From NCBI GenBank assembly GCA_965153285.1, contig OZ229112.1: a stretch of 64,000 nt of DNA; one strand, 5' to 3'. The translations under genes were made by a program, and so were the position numbers. This DNA comes from Podarcis tiliguerta (taxonomy: Eukaryota). Below the pieces are notes generated by a model. It saw only the letters and a program-made list of their open reading frames with translations, had not been told where the DNA came from and searched no databases. Shown in pieces: positions 13,096 to 27,080 of this stretch (the stretch's first letter is position 1; every line of letters begins with the position of its first letter).

Positions 13096-13333
13096 GTTAG
13101 AAAGCGACACTTTCTTCCATAAAGCTGTCAAGGAGTGAAATCAGCAAAGGGTGGCACTCCTCTTTAAGTCTGAGGTGGCACTGGCCTTCAGTTTGAGAGT
13201 CATGCCTTGACTTCTGCATTGCACAAATGATATTGCAATATTTTCCTTGTTTTGCATTTTTTAAGAAAGAGAAGGGAAAGTGGAAAAGGGAAAAAGATTA
13301 GATGTGTATGATTAAATTAAAAGCTGATCCTGT

Positions 13334-13585
13334 AAGGTAAAGGTAAAGGACCCCCGGACGGTTAAGTCCAGTCGAATTTGATTATGGGGTGCGGAGCTAA
13401 TCTCCGTTTTCAGGCTGAGGGAGCTGGCATTTGTCCACAGACAGCTTTTCCGGGTCAGGTGGCCAACATGACTGCTTCTTCCCACTGCAGTGGTACCTCT
13501 TTATCTACTTGCACTGGTATGCTTTCAAACTGCTAGGTTGGCAGGAGCTAGGACCCTGTTGCGTGGATTTGAACTGGTGACCTTA
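13334..13585 (-). mobile_element. Sauria SINE with internal deletions
   Basis: AAGGTAAAGGTAAAGGACCCC tail and TTTATCTACTTGCAC...TTTCAAACTGCTAGGTTGGCAGGAGCT core. Two blocks present in the other copies are missing. Confidence 0.92.
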
Positions 13586-13868
13586 CAACTGTTCTTGCTT
13601 TTTTCTCTCACACCTGGAGGGAGGAGGAAAGGAGAGGCATATGCAGCCAAAAGGATTGTACATACTTCAACTTATATGTGAGGACAAAAGCTCATGATCA
13701 GTTACATCTTAGGATTGGTTTAGACAAGTCTCACATGATCCTCTCCAGGAGTGCATAAAGCTGCTGGTGGTCACATAGATTTACAATGAACATGGAAATA
13801 TTGATTGTATGAACTGATGCCTCCAGGTGGGGAGGAGCACAGGTCCACTGTGAAGAGCAATCACAATA

Positions 13869-14280
13869 CAGGCAACAACCAACTTATGCACATCCAGTTG
13901 ACATGCAACTACGCACCTGTGCGTTGCGCTAAACCTGGAAGTGACTTTACAAACGGGGAAAACTGCCCTAAAGGAGGCCAGAAAGGGCAAAAAGGCACAA
14001 AAACAATCCCATGGGCCTTTGTAAGTACAGTCCCACAAGCCCTTGCACTAACTGTTGAGGCCTTTGGAGAGTTGGAGTTGGAATAAGGAGGTTTGGAGGG
14101 AGCAATTGTGGTGGATTTTGGCAGGGTTTGGCATCTGGTAAGTGCTGCTGGCTTTTTAGGGGTTTCCAGAGGTTTAGATGGTGTCTGCAGGCTTTTACAC
14201 TGTTGTTTCAAATATACGCAATTTCACTTAAATGTGTGGTGCCTTGGAACATAACTGCCATGTATATGGGGAATTGCCTG
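13869..14280. mobile_element. Older Tigger-like MITE
   Basis: TA|CAGGCAACAACCAACTTATGC ... GTATATGGGGAATTGCCTG|TA degenerate TIRs with TA flanks. Confidence 0.7.
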
Positions 14281-16311
14281 TAGTGCAGAAATGCACACAG
14301 TGGTGATTATCCAAATCATAGAGGTCACCCATACAGCCCTTAGGAAATGTTTTTATTTATTATGAGAGATAATGGGACAGATCAACAGCAATGTAAGTAA
14401 TTCATAATATAGAGATAATGTATGTAAAGATTAATCCCCTGTGGGATTGTGAATTTTCATCTTGTTTTAAAAACTTTTTCCTTACCCTATGTGGCTGTTC
14501 TTTCCTGAGATCCTCAAGGACTCTGGGCAGAATGAAACTGTAATTCAGATTTGTAGCTAACGTAAAGGTGATAGGAGGGCACAACCAAACACAGTATACA
14601 TAGAAAGGAGACTGAACTGCATTAGAGAAACATGAGCAAAGCAATAACATAGGAATATATAATGTGTAAACACTGCTATAGAAGGTCAGCTGCAACAAAT
14701 GGATTTCTTTTAAGTATGGAATACACAATCACCAATGGCAGTATTCCTGATAAAGATATAAAATGAGAGTTACAATTCCTATAAAGGTTAGGAGATAGTA
14801 AATTATATGCCAGTGTACCATGGAGTCCAAACAAATACCAAGAAAAAGATACAAGTATTTGAATGTTATTGTTACAAGCAATAAATAAGTATTTGAGCAG
14901 TATAAAGAATCACTAACTATTGTATACCAGTTTTGTATGTGCAGAGAAATGCTTTTATATTTGTACTTGTGCGTTCTAAACTATAGTCCAAAGTTTTACA
15001 GTTTTATCTCCATCTGCCATTTGTGAGAAGTAGGCCCCAAAGGGTGTGGAATATAAGCCAAACAAAAGCCAAACAGGGGAGATGGAAAAGGTGCTGTCAG
15101 ACCATGGGATTGTCCCTAATCAATGGGGAAATGGTTTGGGGGCAGGGAAATGTAGTATCTGGGAAACTGAAGTAGTTTTATATTAAAAGATTAATGCACT
15201 AGCCTTAAAAATGAATGCTATCAGGGTGGCTAAGCAGTAAAAATGAAGTCCAAACAATCAACAGTAAAATAAAAAAAGTTAAAACACAACAGACTTAAAA
15301 GCAAAGCATCAGATAAAATCAGTTTCAGATAACATTTAAAAGGGAAATGATTATTATGTGGAATAAGAACAGCTGTACATTTGTTGAATTGATTGTCAGA
15401 AAAGCTCTTTTAAGGTCAATCCAAGAAGATAAAGGGAAGTAAGACATGAACTGCTTTGTGGTGACTCTCCAAAAATTTAAAAATGAAATAAAAACTGTGG
15501 CTCTTATTCAGATTTAAATTTGTTGCAAAAATAGCATGGCAATTTGTATTTATTGCTATTTAATCATGGGAGAAAGAAAAAAATGTGTTCAGAATACTAA
15601 TTGTGATGGGCTACATGAAAGAAAATTGTGCTGCTTACCCATAAGGTTAACAATATGTGAATCTTTTTTTTCCTGAAAAAGTTTTCAGTTACACACAAAA
15701 ATTAACATAGAAAGAGAGTGCATTTTGGAAAAAGAAAAACAAAGTGATGAAAATGGTGGCTGCACCTTTTTACTTCTCACTCTCAGGAATACACATTAAA
15801 TACTGAACAATTACATTTGCCAGCATGCCTACTTGTTCATGTAAATAACCATGCAATTATGCTGTGTTTGTCTTTTGTACCATGGAAACTACAGGATCTC
15901 AGAAGAACTTTGGTGGAAAAGTAAAAATTGAACCTACCGAGTTTTTAAATTATAACAGTAAAGTAGATGAGCAAGTTGTAACACATGGAGCTTAGATTCA
16001 GACACATCCATCTCTTTCTCAGTACATGTGAAAGTAAGGGAAAGCTAAGAGAGTCTTCCAGATTCATAATGAATTCTCAATATGATAAGTTCTTAACAGA
16101 ATACAAGTTCACACCATTTAAAAAGGATTGCTAATTTTCTTTCTGTATAATGTGTTTTAAACTTACCTTAAATTCAAAACAGACTTGGGCTATTATCCAG
16201 AATGTCACTTTGGGTTTATCATGGCTTTCAATGCTTCTGGTCTTAAAAATAACTGCTGGTGATATAATTCAGAGGGGTGGATTTTGTGTGGCCAGCTGGC
16301 AATAGGACTTT

Positions 16312-16454
16312 GTTAAGAACTTTGCTTCAGGATGAGAACAGAAATCGCGTGGCGGGAGGCCCCATTAGCTAAAGTGGTGCTTCAGGTTAAGAACAGTTTC
16401 AGGTTAAGAATGGACCACCAGAACGAATTAAGTTCTTAACCCGAGGTACCACTG
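16312..16454. mobile_element. Tigger-like MITE, one half (same family as 54272 and 54891)
   Basis: TTAAGAACTTTGCTTCAGGATGAGAACAGAAATCG...TTAACCCGAGGTACCACTG|TA. Closely similar to ~54340-54470 plus the TIR. Confidence 0.9.
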
Positions 16455-16459
16455 TATAT

Positions 16460-16900
16460 ATCACCCCTTTAAGAGGGGGACCCTGGAATCGCCTCCACAG
16501 GGGGGTGAGTCACCACTTCATGCCCCTCCCATACCGCCACAGTTGTGATGAATTGCTATGGGGAAGACAAAACCTGCCAATGCAGGAAAATTTCTTCTCG
16601 GTCCTTCAACAGCAACCAGTCAAAGACCATAGCAGCGCCCGCTAAACAGGAAGAAAAAGTTAACCTGCAAACAAGAAACATTAAACAAAGGGGGGGGAGG
16701 GTGAATCTCCAGAGCCGACTGCCTGGCTATTGTCGACTCCACCCCCTATTTATAAATAGGGCTGGCCCCACCTCCCAGCAAGAAACTTGATTACTGAGGC
16801 TGAGCATGAACCTCCAAAAATTAACACTGAGAGCCCCTGTTTGCCAGTCAGCTCCCTGGGAACTGTAGCACCACGCACGATCCCGCAAAGGGCACCCACA
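16460..16900. mobile_element. LTR-like (Gypsy/ERV or DIRS/Ngaro-type) repeat fragment
   Basis: GC/CpG-richer than the flanks, TATA-bearing palindrome at 16744-61, ends ...CCCACA. Shares short motifs (ACAGGGG..TGAGTC, GACTCCACCC) with the 44095-44700 insert. Confidence 0.5.
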
Positions 16901-19900
16901 ATGTAAAGTGTGAGTGCTCATTAATGAAAGCCTATCCTGAGTGGATCCAAATGTGATTCAAACTCCAAAACTAGTTGAGTACTCTTAGAATTAGCTCACA
17001 CAGTACTGTGGACTAGATGTGGCCACAAATGTCCCTGGATGTACATTGATGGCTGGGGACACAGTATCTATGATTGCCCACAACATTTAAACAGGTTTGG
17101 GGAATTACGGTTAGTTCTAGAAGTGGTTGGATGACTCTCAAACGTGTTTTGATGCTGGCTAGTTTTAACCAACCACGGTTAGAAGGAAGTGTTTTATTAA
17201 TTGAGTGGGGGAAATCAGATGCAGTTTAAAGCAAATTTTCATTCTAAAAAGATACATACTGCAGAATTTTATTGTACGTAACTATCTCATGAAAATCTTG
17301 GCTGTGCTGGGTATAGATTCTCAGCTGAATAGAAAATTTCTGCGTGGCTTATCTCTATTGAGCAGTGATGAGGCACTCACGAAAGCTGGCTTGAATTTAT
17401 CAGCTTTCACATAGGATAGAGGTCCTCTGATCAAGCAAAGTAATTTATGGTAGTCCGTTACTGCCTGGAAAACAACATTCTCACGTTTGATGCCCACGTT
17501 TTGTTACTTTGTTGGTACCAAACCAGGAAATTACAGATATCTTGTGAGATTACAGCACCATGCTGTACATCTCAAGCTAAGAATCCACAATATAAACATT
17601 TTGAGACCAAAATACTTAAATCTGTCATTTGCACTGCAGCTTCTACATAAGGCAACTAGCAATTTTGGAGAAATTCCTTGTAGAGCACACTCTGTTTTTA
17701 TACAATTTGCACCATATGACTCTGGCTGCTGATTTTTCCTGTCATTGGTCTTTCTATTTTCTGCCTGGCCTACTCATTTCACTCCATTTGACAAACCATT
17801 CACATCAGCTGCCAAGGGGGCAAAGGGAATTGTAAGCATTTGTCAATGAAAGGAAGAGGGGATTCTGTAGAGAACAAATAAAAATTACCCAGTAGGCATT
17901 AGTGCCTCAGCCTTTAACAAGGGTATTCTTTTTTCAGGTTCCCAAAGGATCATTTGAAGCTGCTGGCAAGCTTACATATCTTCACAGAAATGTCTAATTA
18001 GTCTCATTTAAAATAAATCCTTGATGTTGTACAATTCACATTGTACAGTGGTAATCCTTTTCTTAATTCAGATTGTACGATATGATATCAGGAACATTAA
18101 GTCTATAGGAAGTGCCTTTCATTGGTCAGTGAATGTACATAGTCTAGATAGAAATCTCATATCGCAAAGCACCATCAGATGTCCCTCATTTACAAATGAA
18201 AGATATTGAAGTGCTTATCAGCAGCAAAATACTGATAGAAAACCCATGGGAGGCAAGTGGTTTTTTAAAGAGAGCTCCTAATCTAATCTGGCTAACATTT
18301 ACATTAGGGACAAAGGAAGTTTGACCCTAAGGGAAATGTAGTTTGTTTGTTATTTTGGTCCTCCTTGATGCTGGGATGCTGGAGTAACTCATTTAAGTAC
18401 TAGTGATACTTTTGACAATAGCTCTAGTCATCGTTTTATTGTGCATATATGTGTGTGTGGCAGGAAAGACAAATAAAACAATATAAAATTTGGATTTATT
18501 TTTTTAAAACTTCTGTTTAGTATCCAATCCTCTTACAGACTTTGGATGTTTCCATGCATCATGTGTGCTGAGGGGCCACATTGGTTTCCTGATGTTCCTT
18601 GAATGGGGGATAATGGCTGGAGATCTCTCTTTCCTGCTTTTGGAAAGTTTAAGTGGAAGAGACCGATAAACAGTGTTGTTGCAGTTTTATAGTTTGAATT
18701 GTCTCGTGATTTCCATTGGGTTTTCTGTGGCTAGACGGTAGTAAACAGTGGGTCTTCCCAGGAAAAGCAGCGAGACAAAAGAAAATCGTCTTGGACCTGA
18801 GCCAGAAATCACAAGACAAATGGAAGGAAACATGGGACACATGGAGATGTGGATGAGCACTTAGTCAAATAGAGAGGTGGGTATTTTTGAACTGGAGTTC
18901 ACTGGGCTACGAAGCATCCAGTGTGAGGTTGTGGGGGGTCCAGAAAATTTCTGTCTTTAGGATCTGCAGCTTTGCTATTTGCTGTGGGAGTCTATTATTC
19001 CATTATTCCATGTTTCCTTTTTAACAGCTGAATTTCTTCTGCCTTAGTGAAGCCTACATCCAAGGCCTTGGAGGCTTACGTTAGCAGTATCTTCTAGTTA
19101 TTTTCCAAAGCCCAATATTTTTTGCTTGAAATCGGGAGACCTGCTCCTTGCTTATGCTGACTTCTCTCACTGTGAGCGTGTTGGTGTTTTCTGGGGCCTG
19201 GGTGCCATGTTGTCCATCTGCATTTGTATACAACCACTAGGTTCTTCCTCCCTATAGGAATAGGTTGTTAAAGCACTTTCTTCATCTCTTGAGAGGCCAG
19301 GTAGCATTTCTTAAGTAACCTACCTGTTGTTGATTCAGTGTGCAGATTATGGTATCCAATGGGGGTTTCTTCCCTCCGAGAGGCTGAAGAGCTCAGAAGA
19401 TAGGCAGTCATTTTGTAGCATTGGTAGCCACACTCCCATTTTTTTATTATTTTAATTGCCTCTTGTATTTCCTTAAATATATTCTGTGGAAGTCTTATTT
19501 GACAGGTGTCTTGGAAACAGAAAGCTGAAGATGCTGTAGCAAAATCTTTAGCGTACTACCTGAGAAGCCTGGAGTGTTGAACTCACTTCACCTCTCTCAT
19601 CCTCTTTTCTGTCTGCTTGCCCTGCTAATCTTCAACAGGTGTCATAACTGTTGACATCTAGACACCTGAGGCAAAATAACCTTCGTCACAACAAAAGGAT
19701 CATTTGAAGTTATTGCATACAATTTCACACACAGAACTTTCAAGCAATAGCGTTTCATCTTTTTCTCTCTTTTTTTGCTGAGAAATTCAACCCCGTGCTT
19801 CATTTTTAAGGGTTAGAATGTAGGTAACATTTTAAATGGTCTCCAAAAGAACCTTCCTTACACTCTTGAGAAAATGTATTTATTTTAAGTCTTTTTATCC

Positions 19901-20028
19901 AGCCCTTTCAAGGCTCCTAAAGTTTCCTGATTTCAAAGTTAAATTCAAAGAATATTAAAGTCAGCTTCATGATAATGACAATAAATATAGCCCTAAAGGC
20001 AAGGAAATTGGCAAGGATTACTTTAGAG

Positions 20029-20211
20029 CAGGCATGTCCAAAGTCCGTTTTGGGGGCCTAATCTGCCCCCCTGGCCTGTTTTATCTGGCCCCTGCAGCAG
20101 TTTATTTCTTGGGGGGAAATCCTATAAAAAAGCTCAACAACTTTGGTCGGCTCTCACGCATGTTCACTTCATCAAATCTGGCCCCCTTTGAAAAAAGTTT
20201 GGGCACCCCTG
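20029..20211. mobile_element. hAT MITE
   Basis: TIRs CAGGCATGTCCAAA / TTTGGGCACCCCTG. TSD CTTTAGAG / CTTTAGAA. Confidence 0.9.
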
Positions 20212-20499
20212 CTTTAGAACCTACTGATGCAGTCGGTCTCTGTTACTCTTACAGCTCACCAACTCTCTGCTTGCTGCCATTGACTGTGATGGCCACAGCC
20301 TGCGATGGCACGGAGGCCTACATTCCACACAGCTATGGGTTGATTCTGTACTTTGAGATCCGTGGGCAAGATTTACTAAATTAACAGGAAATATAACATT
20401 TTAACATGTTACATTTCTACACCATGTTTGTTCAGAACATACTGATGGGTAAAACACATTCCCCACTTCTTAATTGTGCTCTGTTAAACCAAAATATTT

Positions 20500-20529
20500 T
20501 GTGTGTGTGTGTGTGTATGCGTGTGTGTA

Positions 20530-20561
<32 letters not shown>
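20500..20561. repeat. Compound (TG)n(GA)n microsatellite
   Basis: Directly visible. Confidence 0.95.
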
Positions 20562-23500
20562 TGAAAGCAGAATATATCTTCTCCCCAGTCCAGTTATGAG
20601 CCAGATCAGATTCCATCATACCCAGTGACAGTACAGGAAGCCAAAAAAGTTCTGCTTCCTCTGTCATTCTCTTCTCTTCCACTCACTCACCTGTTTGCCT
20701 CCACCTGGGAATCCATGGCTTACCATCAAAGCAGCGCCAAGTGCCAGGTACTGGGAAGAAGAGAGAAGGGAAGACTTCCCTATCTTGCTTGGTTCTGTCT
20801 CTGGAGCAGCAGCAAGATAAGCAGAACGTGAGGTTCATAAGTGAAGGATCTGAAGGCAATCCGCTGTCTAGGAGTGAGGAGGTAACTGAGGGGTCATAAT
20901 GCTCACTTCATACTTGATTATGAGCCACTCAGCTTTTGGGTCAATCATAACGGAGGTTTGTATTTTGAGCCAAAGAAATACTAGTGCCAGTCTTGGAATC
21001 TAACTGGAAAGGGAGACTTCTGTTGGTGCTTGTAAGGCAAGTTGGCTATATAGAAGCAGATATTAGAATATTGTGTCTGGATAGATTTAAGGAAAATCCA
21101 TACTTGGTTTCACCCTCACCTTTTTTTGTACAAGAAATGCAGTGAATTGATATATAATAGCATTTTAACACAAATCAACATGAAGGAGTGGCTGTCACAC
21201 AGGAGCTCTTAAGACAAGTTAAGAGTTGTGGCAGGCTCATAATACTACAGTGTTTCAAGGGATTCACATGTTGTTACTAAAGTGAAGACTGATGATGTTC
21301 CAGGAGCTGGTGGCTAGAAGCAGCTTCTCTGACCTAAGTGCATGCTGTGTCTGATAGCATCTTGCGGAGAGCATCTTTGGGCTATTTTAGTCTTGCTGAG
21401 ATGACTTCCAAACTTAACATTAATCTTCAAGCTAACAGCCAAAATACATCTTTATCAAGTTCATATGACCAAATTTCATTTTTAGCTGCCATTTTAAAAA
21501 GCCATTTTAAAAATAATTTCCTACATGAGATAATTGAACAATGTCATCAGACTTGTTCATATGTGACCCCAATGCCTAAGTTGTCTTTCCGGTTGAGTGC
21601 AGTACTGAATCTTGGGCTTATGAACCATCCTCCACTGTGGTGAGAACTCAGAGATGCAGCACACATATGATTGGTCACAATTCTCAAAGCATTTTGTCCA
21701 CATCCCTGGGCAATGTCACCTGAAACTGATCCAAGGAATATAGCCCAGTGTCAGTGCTGTACTAAAACCAATTGCCTACAAACACTTACAGTATATTTGT
21801 ATGTATTTTTGGAAACATGTCATGGCAAGTGACCAAATTATCTGCTTGCCCCAGTTCTCCATGCTCTAGTAGACTGGGCTCTTCTCTGCGTGCTGTAGTT
21901 CGGCATTAAATGTGTGTTGATGTGTCTAGATAGTCTACTTCCAACTTCCCTTATAGAGAAATCGCAAGAATTTACACTCTGTTTACTATGAGCATCAGTG
22001 ATGTTCCCTCCCTCATATCTTTAGTGCCAAATCACAGCTCTTATATTCTGGTTTGTTGCTTGCAGCCAGATTCTTTTCTTCTTCTTCTACAGTCTGAGTA
22101 AGATGAATTATCCTATTAAATTGTGTTTTTACAGAAGTGAAGTTGCTTTATTGTTTGTCAGAGATCATGCTAGTAATTAACTTCAAACAACAAGAAATGT
22201 CAGTGGTCCCAGTGGGAACTCTTCAAAGTATGTTTTTCAAGATGTGGTGATAATTGTCTATCCTTCATGTACTAGTTCTTAAAGGATCTACCAAAGTTAG
22301 GGTGGAAAACCTTGCCTGCTAATAGAATGCTGGATCTGATTTGATAAATTCTACAGCAATTAAATTGGTTCTAATAGCATGCCAGCGTATTAATGCTATA
22401 TAAAAATAGTTGTATAGTTGTATAGACAGACAAAATCCTGTCTTCCTTAATGCAACATGTTATCTGACGGGCATTGTCTATTGGGTATAAGAAATAGTGA
22501 CCTTCAGCAATTTTGTACTAATGTATTGGTTTTAAGCATAGTATTATAGTGGTATAAAAATAATAACTATATTGTGGGTTAGAACCAAAATTGTCCCACG
22601 TGTCAACAGAAGGAATATTGTGATTATGAGAGCCTTTGATCCAGGAGATGCTCTTGAGGAAGGGGAGCAGAAGGGGCCCTCCCTTCTGGAGACCCCATAC
22701 AATTTCTTGCTGTTCTGGGGGATCCCCTAACCATCCAGAGCAGGTTTTCAGGGGCACAGAAGGCTAGAAGTTGGAGAGGAGATTGGCAAAAATGGCATCC
22801 ATTTCCATTGGCAAGAGCTTATGTGGGATTCCAATGGCTGGAGAAGTCTGTGCCTGAATGGCTCTCTTTATCATCAGAAACAGACTTCCCCAGAATGTTG
22901 ACCATCTCTAGAGTGAAAAAGCTAGTTTGGTCCTCATTCTCACTACAGTATTGATCTGACCCTGATAAAGTTGCTATTTCTGGCATGAACCCATATGCTT
23001 TAGAAACTATACCAACTATAGCTGTGCAGTGGACTCATTTCACATAAGCCACTTTGCAGTTGTAAATCAGAAATAATTAAACTAGATTTGAACCCATGAC
23101 CAAGTTGTGACAAGCTCCATTATCGATTCCACCATCCAGTTAGATTCCATCTGTGAAATATACGGGGCGGGGGGGGGAGCTTTGAGATATCAATCACTTT
23201 CCTTCTCAAATAAGCGGGTAAAACATTTTTTCAGAACTTTTTTTTTTAAAAATCTTGATGAATAAAGGCTTTGATATATTTGTGATAGCGATCTTCCACT
23301 ATTTAACCCTGAGGGAAGATTTTCTGAGCTTTTTCTTGACTTGGTTAAATTCAAAACATAAAACAAACAAAATCTCAACAGCAGCCCTGTTACAAAGGCA
23401 CCCAGTTCTCTACTTCACAGATGGATATTGCTGGTTTATCATGGAAACTCTAAAATAAAGATGATTGATTATGATGGCACACAAAGTGTATGAAAGCACC

Positions 23501-25119
23501 TTGCCAGCTTTAATGATCATTAACATATAATCTGAAAAAATGATGCTGTGCATCTGTATACCTTTAGCTGTTTAATGAAATCTGAGGTGGATGGTCTGTG
23601 GGGTTTTCATCTGATAAATATAATATGCTCCCCAGTCTCTCATGGAAATCATAAAATTGGTGCATTTTTAGATTTGTTGTGTTCTCACAGCCAACATTTT
23701 GGTTGCAGGATCAGAATTCAGATGCCACTTACACTTGGGACTGAACCCATTGTGAGATACTTATATTTTTAAAGACCCTCACCATCATGTAACAATATGT
23801 GGTCATTTTCGAAACCAGCCAAATGGGAGAATGCAGGTCTGTATAGAAACAGACCAATGTCCCAGAAATATATGCAAATTTTAAGCAAACCCCATTGATT
23901 ACTGAAAGTTGAAATAAAATCACCTATGAATAACATAGATTTTTCTTTGTAAGACGGTGCTGGTAGATCTGCTTGAAGACTTGTATTTTTCCCTCTGTCT
24001 TGTTGTAGAATTGTGTTGAACCATGGGTGAACTGTTCAAGAAGCTTTGCTAATGCCATCTTGGTGGTGAAGATAACCCCACAATTAATTGGCAGCGGTTG
24101 TAGCAATGAGCTCATATATGCTTATATTCACTTGGCTTGCTTTGATGTTATCCTTATCTGTAGGTTTGGGGTGCTGGGCTCTGAGCCCAGAACAGGAAAG
24201 TATCTGTAAGACTTAGGTATTTGCCACCTATGCCCTTATCTAGGCAGGTGAAGCGATGGAAAGTCCCAGGCAACATGACATATGCTGTTTTGTGTATAAA
24301 GAATGTATACACATTTGCTTGGTTGCGGTTAAGCCATCTCCTTGCTCTGGTGTCCGTTCCACATGTGCAAAAGGCTATGGGATCTGGCAGAAGTCTACAG
24401 CTTTCTTAATAAAGCTCTAGAATGGATCACTCTGGCATCTTTAGCATCCTTCTTGGGCATACCTTTGGGTCTATGGTTCAGGACAAGAATACTTTTAAAT
24501 AGTACCTTGAAACTCTTTCATACCTTGTTATAGTGCTACAGGAACCACAAAGTTGATGCCCACATATCATATACCCAGATGCACTTGCCTTGCAGACAGC
24601 CTCTATTCCAGATATTCTTTGCATGTAAGCTCTTGCTGAAATCAGTTATCAGTTTGGATCAGAGATGTGGGGCAGCTGCCACACCTGTGATCCAATGCAT
24701 ACATGAACTCTAGTTCTAGTGTTATTCAGTGCTTCTAGCAGGGATGGGTAGTGGCAAAGAATTCTGACCATTTCCATTCATTCCCGTTCCATCTTTCAAA
24801 GTCATGCCCAGCTATTGGCACATGACACTCCCGAACAACAAAATATTAATTAACAATTCCATCGACTCTACATGCAAACTATAAGTAGCAAAGGAGCTTT
24901 CAGAAGTCAATTCCCAACTGGATAAAATACTTGTTTACAGCAAACTGAACTCTGAAACTAAAAATCCTTGTCTATGTTAGTGATATGCAAGATCCAAAAT
25001 TGCTTCATTCCGTTATGCTGGGGACAAAATGAGCTAGTGTCCAGTGTTTTCTTCTTTTCTTGTGGCTCATTTATCCTTTGCCTCAACAATGAACTGGGGG
25101 CAAAAATCTCTGCTCATGC

Positions 25120-25283
25120 GAAGTCTTACCATTTCAGGCCATTGGTCCATCTGGCCCAGTATTGTCAACTCTCATTAGTGGCAGCTCTCCAGGGTTTCAG
25201 GCAGGGTCTCTTCCAGCCCCTCGAGATGCCTGGATTGAACCATTGACCTTCTGCATGCAGAGCACTGAGCTATGTTCCTTCCC
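25120..25283 (-). mobile_element. tRNA-derived squamate SINE (Squam2-like)
   Basis: Minus strand reads GGGAAGGAACATAGCTCAGTG...TGCATGCAGAAGGTCAATGGTTCAATCCAGGCATCTC...CTGAAACCCTGGAGAGCTGCC. Homologous to 30908-31076. Confidence 0.75.
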
Positions 25284-25515
25284 AAGCTGCATCCCTCGCC
25301 CCCACTTACTTTGTGGCATCATTTGAAGAAATCCAAACGCCCAGTCCATTAATTTATTTCAGATGTTTGTCAACAGTCGTGTCATAGCAGTTTACTTTCC
25401 AGCTGCTGTGATAAGGAAGTTCTTCCAGTTCAGTTCCAGTTATATTTATTGTTAACAGTGAATGTAGAGAGAAACAAATGGTGACTCCAATTCATATCCA
25501 TTTGTTCCTCACTCA

Positions 25516-25653
25516 CAGGGCTTTTCCCCCCAGTCAGAACTGACCAGAAATCAGTTCTGGCACCTCTCAGGTGAGCGCCATTGCCATTCTAAGAGAATGA
25601 GGGAGGTGTTCATGGTGAGTTACGGCACCTCTTTTTCTAGAAAAATAGCACTG
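25516..25653. mobile_element. hAT MITE
   Basis: CAGGGCTTTT...AAAATAGCACTG termini. TSD CTCACTCA / CTCATTCA. Reverse-complement copy at 39789-39924. Confidence 0.88.
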
Positions 25654-26879
25654 CTCATTCACACCCATTTAGAGTGGCTGAAGGGTCTTATTTAATCTCT
25701 GATGGTGTCAGCAGGAAGTGAATTGGTGGCTGCTGGTGGTGGTAGACATTTCTCCCAGAATTCCAAAGAAGAAATAGCTGCTGCCGGTGGTGCCACTATT
25801 CCCCCTTTAGAATGTCTTCAAATGGTGCAATATCTCAGGCATCCTGTGTGGAACATGGCAGCTACCAGTGGGCTGCTCAGTGGGACAGCTCAGTTGCTGT
25901 CACAGCGTCAAAAAGTGAAAAACCAGTAACAAATGTGAGTAATGAAATGGAGTTGAAACAAGGTACTGAAATATATTACATTTGAACCAGTATATACTGA
26001 AAGTGATGAGGGTTTGGGGGGGGGGGTAATTAATTAACAAAAAATAAATTAAATAACAAATGGGAGGGATGTCTTGCACATTCCTCCTTTGAAATTAAGA
26101 TGAAACTATCAAAGGTTGACAGACATCTATGGCAGAGGATAAACAATGTTCAGAGGTCCAATAATAATTCAAATCTCTCTTCTCAGAACTATGGAGTATT
26201 CAAATTTATTCTAAAGCCACTTGGGTTAAATCATGCTGCCACAGCCATGCATGCCTAATATTTGAGCACGGACCTTTTAGGACTGAGAGGCAGCACAGCA
26301 CAGCTTACTTCTCCTACCTGCCAATGCCCAGGAGACTCCTATCGCTACATTGGTGTGGGGCTTTCTTGAGCACTGTCACAGCTATGCATATCTCTGGGAC
26401 TGGCATATCAGAAAGTTGGCATATTTTCAAATAAATCATTTGTCAAATATTCCGGACAAACTCACAAATGCTTTGCAACATCGCTTCATATCAGGGACTC
26501 AGGGACTCAATCTTCCTTTAAAGCCACCCTTATGGCCCTTGTCTCATTTTGCTCAGGAAACAAGAAACTGAATCCCTTGTTTGTTTGGGTTATACTCTCA
26601 ATGTGCTCTCTTGTTTCTCAAATACCAAAATACCCTCAATTCAACTGCGCTATAAAGAAGATCCCTCTTGTTTCTTCAGCCAAGAAGGTCTTCAGTGTGT
26701 AGAAAACTGGCACTATTAAGGCCACTTCTGGTATGTAACAAATAACTCTGCAATGACTGATAACTTTATCGGACAAGTTTCCCCACAAATAATATCCCTA
26801 TTCCCCCCCCCCCCCAAAAAAAAGGTCAAAGCACATTATTGGATCCATGTGGCACTGAACGCCAAGGGGCTCCATATAC

Positions 26880-27080
26880 ATAGGGAAGGTCTGCATAATA
26901 ATTGTATCTATGTATGACCTTGCCTTTGAATGCATGAAGTCCCAGGTTCAGCTCTGGGCATCTTAACTATGAAAAAAAAATGCCTTTCATGTGGCAAGCA
27001 TAGGAGAAGCCCTTCAGAACCATATCTCTTTAGGGATGAGACTGGAGTAGGTGTTAGAGATCTAATATAAAGCAGGTTCT
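26880..27080 (+). mobile_element. Decayed Squam2-like SINE
   Basis: TGCATGAAGTCCCAGGTTCAGCTCTGGGCATC ... TATAAAGCAGGTTC resembles the 30908 copy. Confidence 0.45.

Noticed and set aside
18761-18876. Possible exon between CCCAG| and |GTGGGT
   Set aside because: All three frames contain stops and the polypyrimidine tract is weak.
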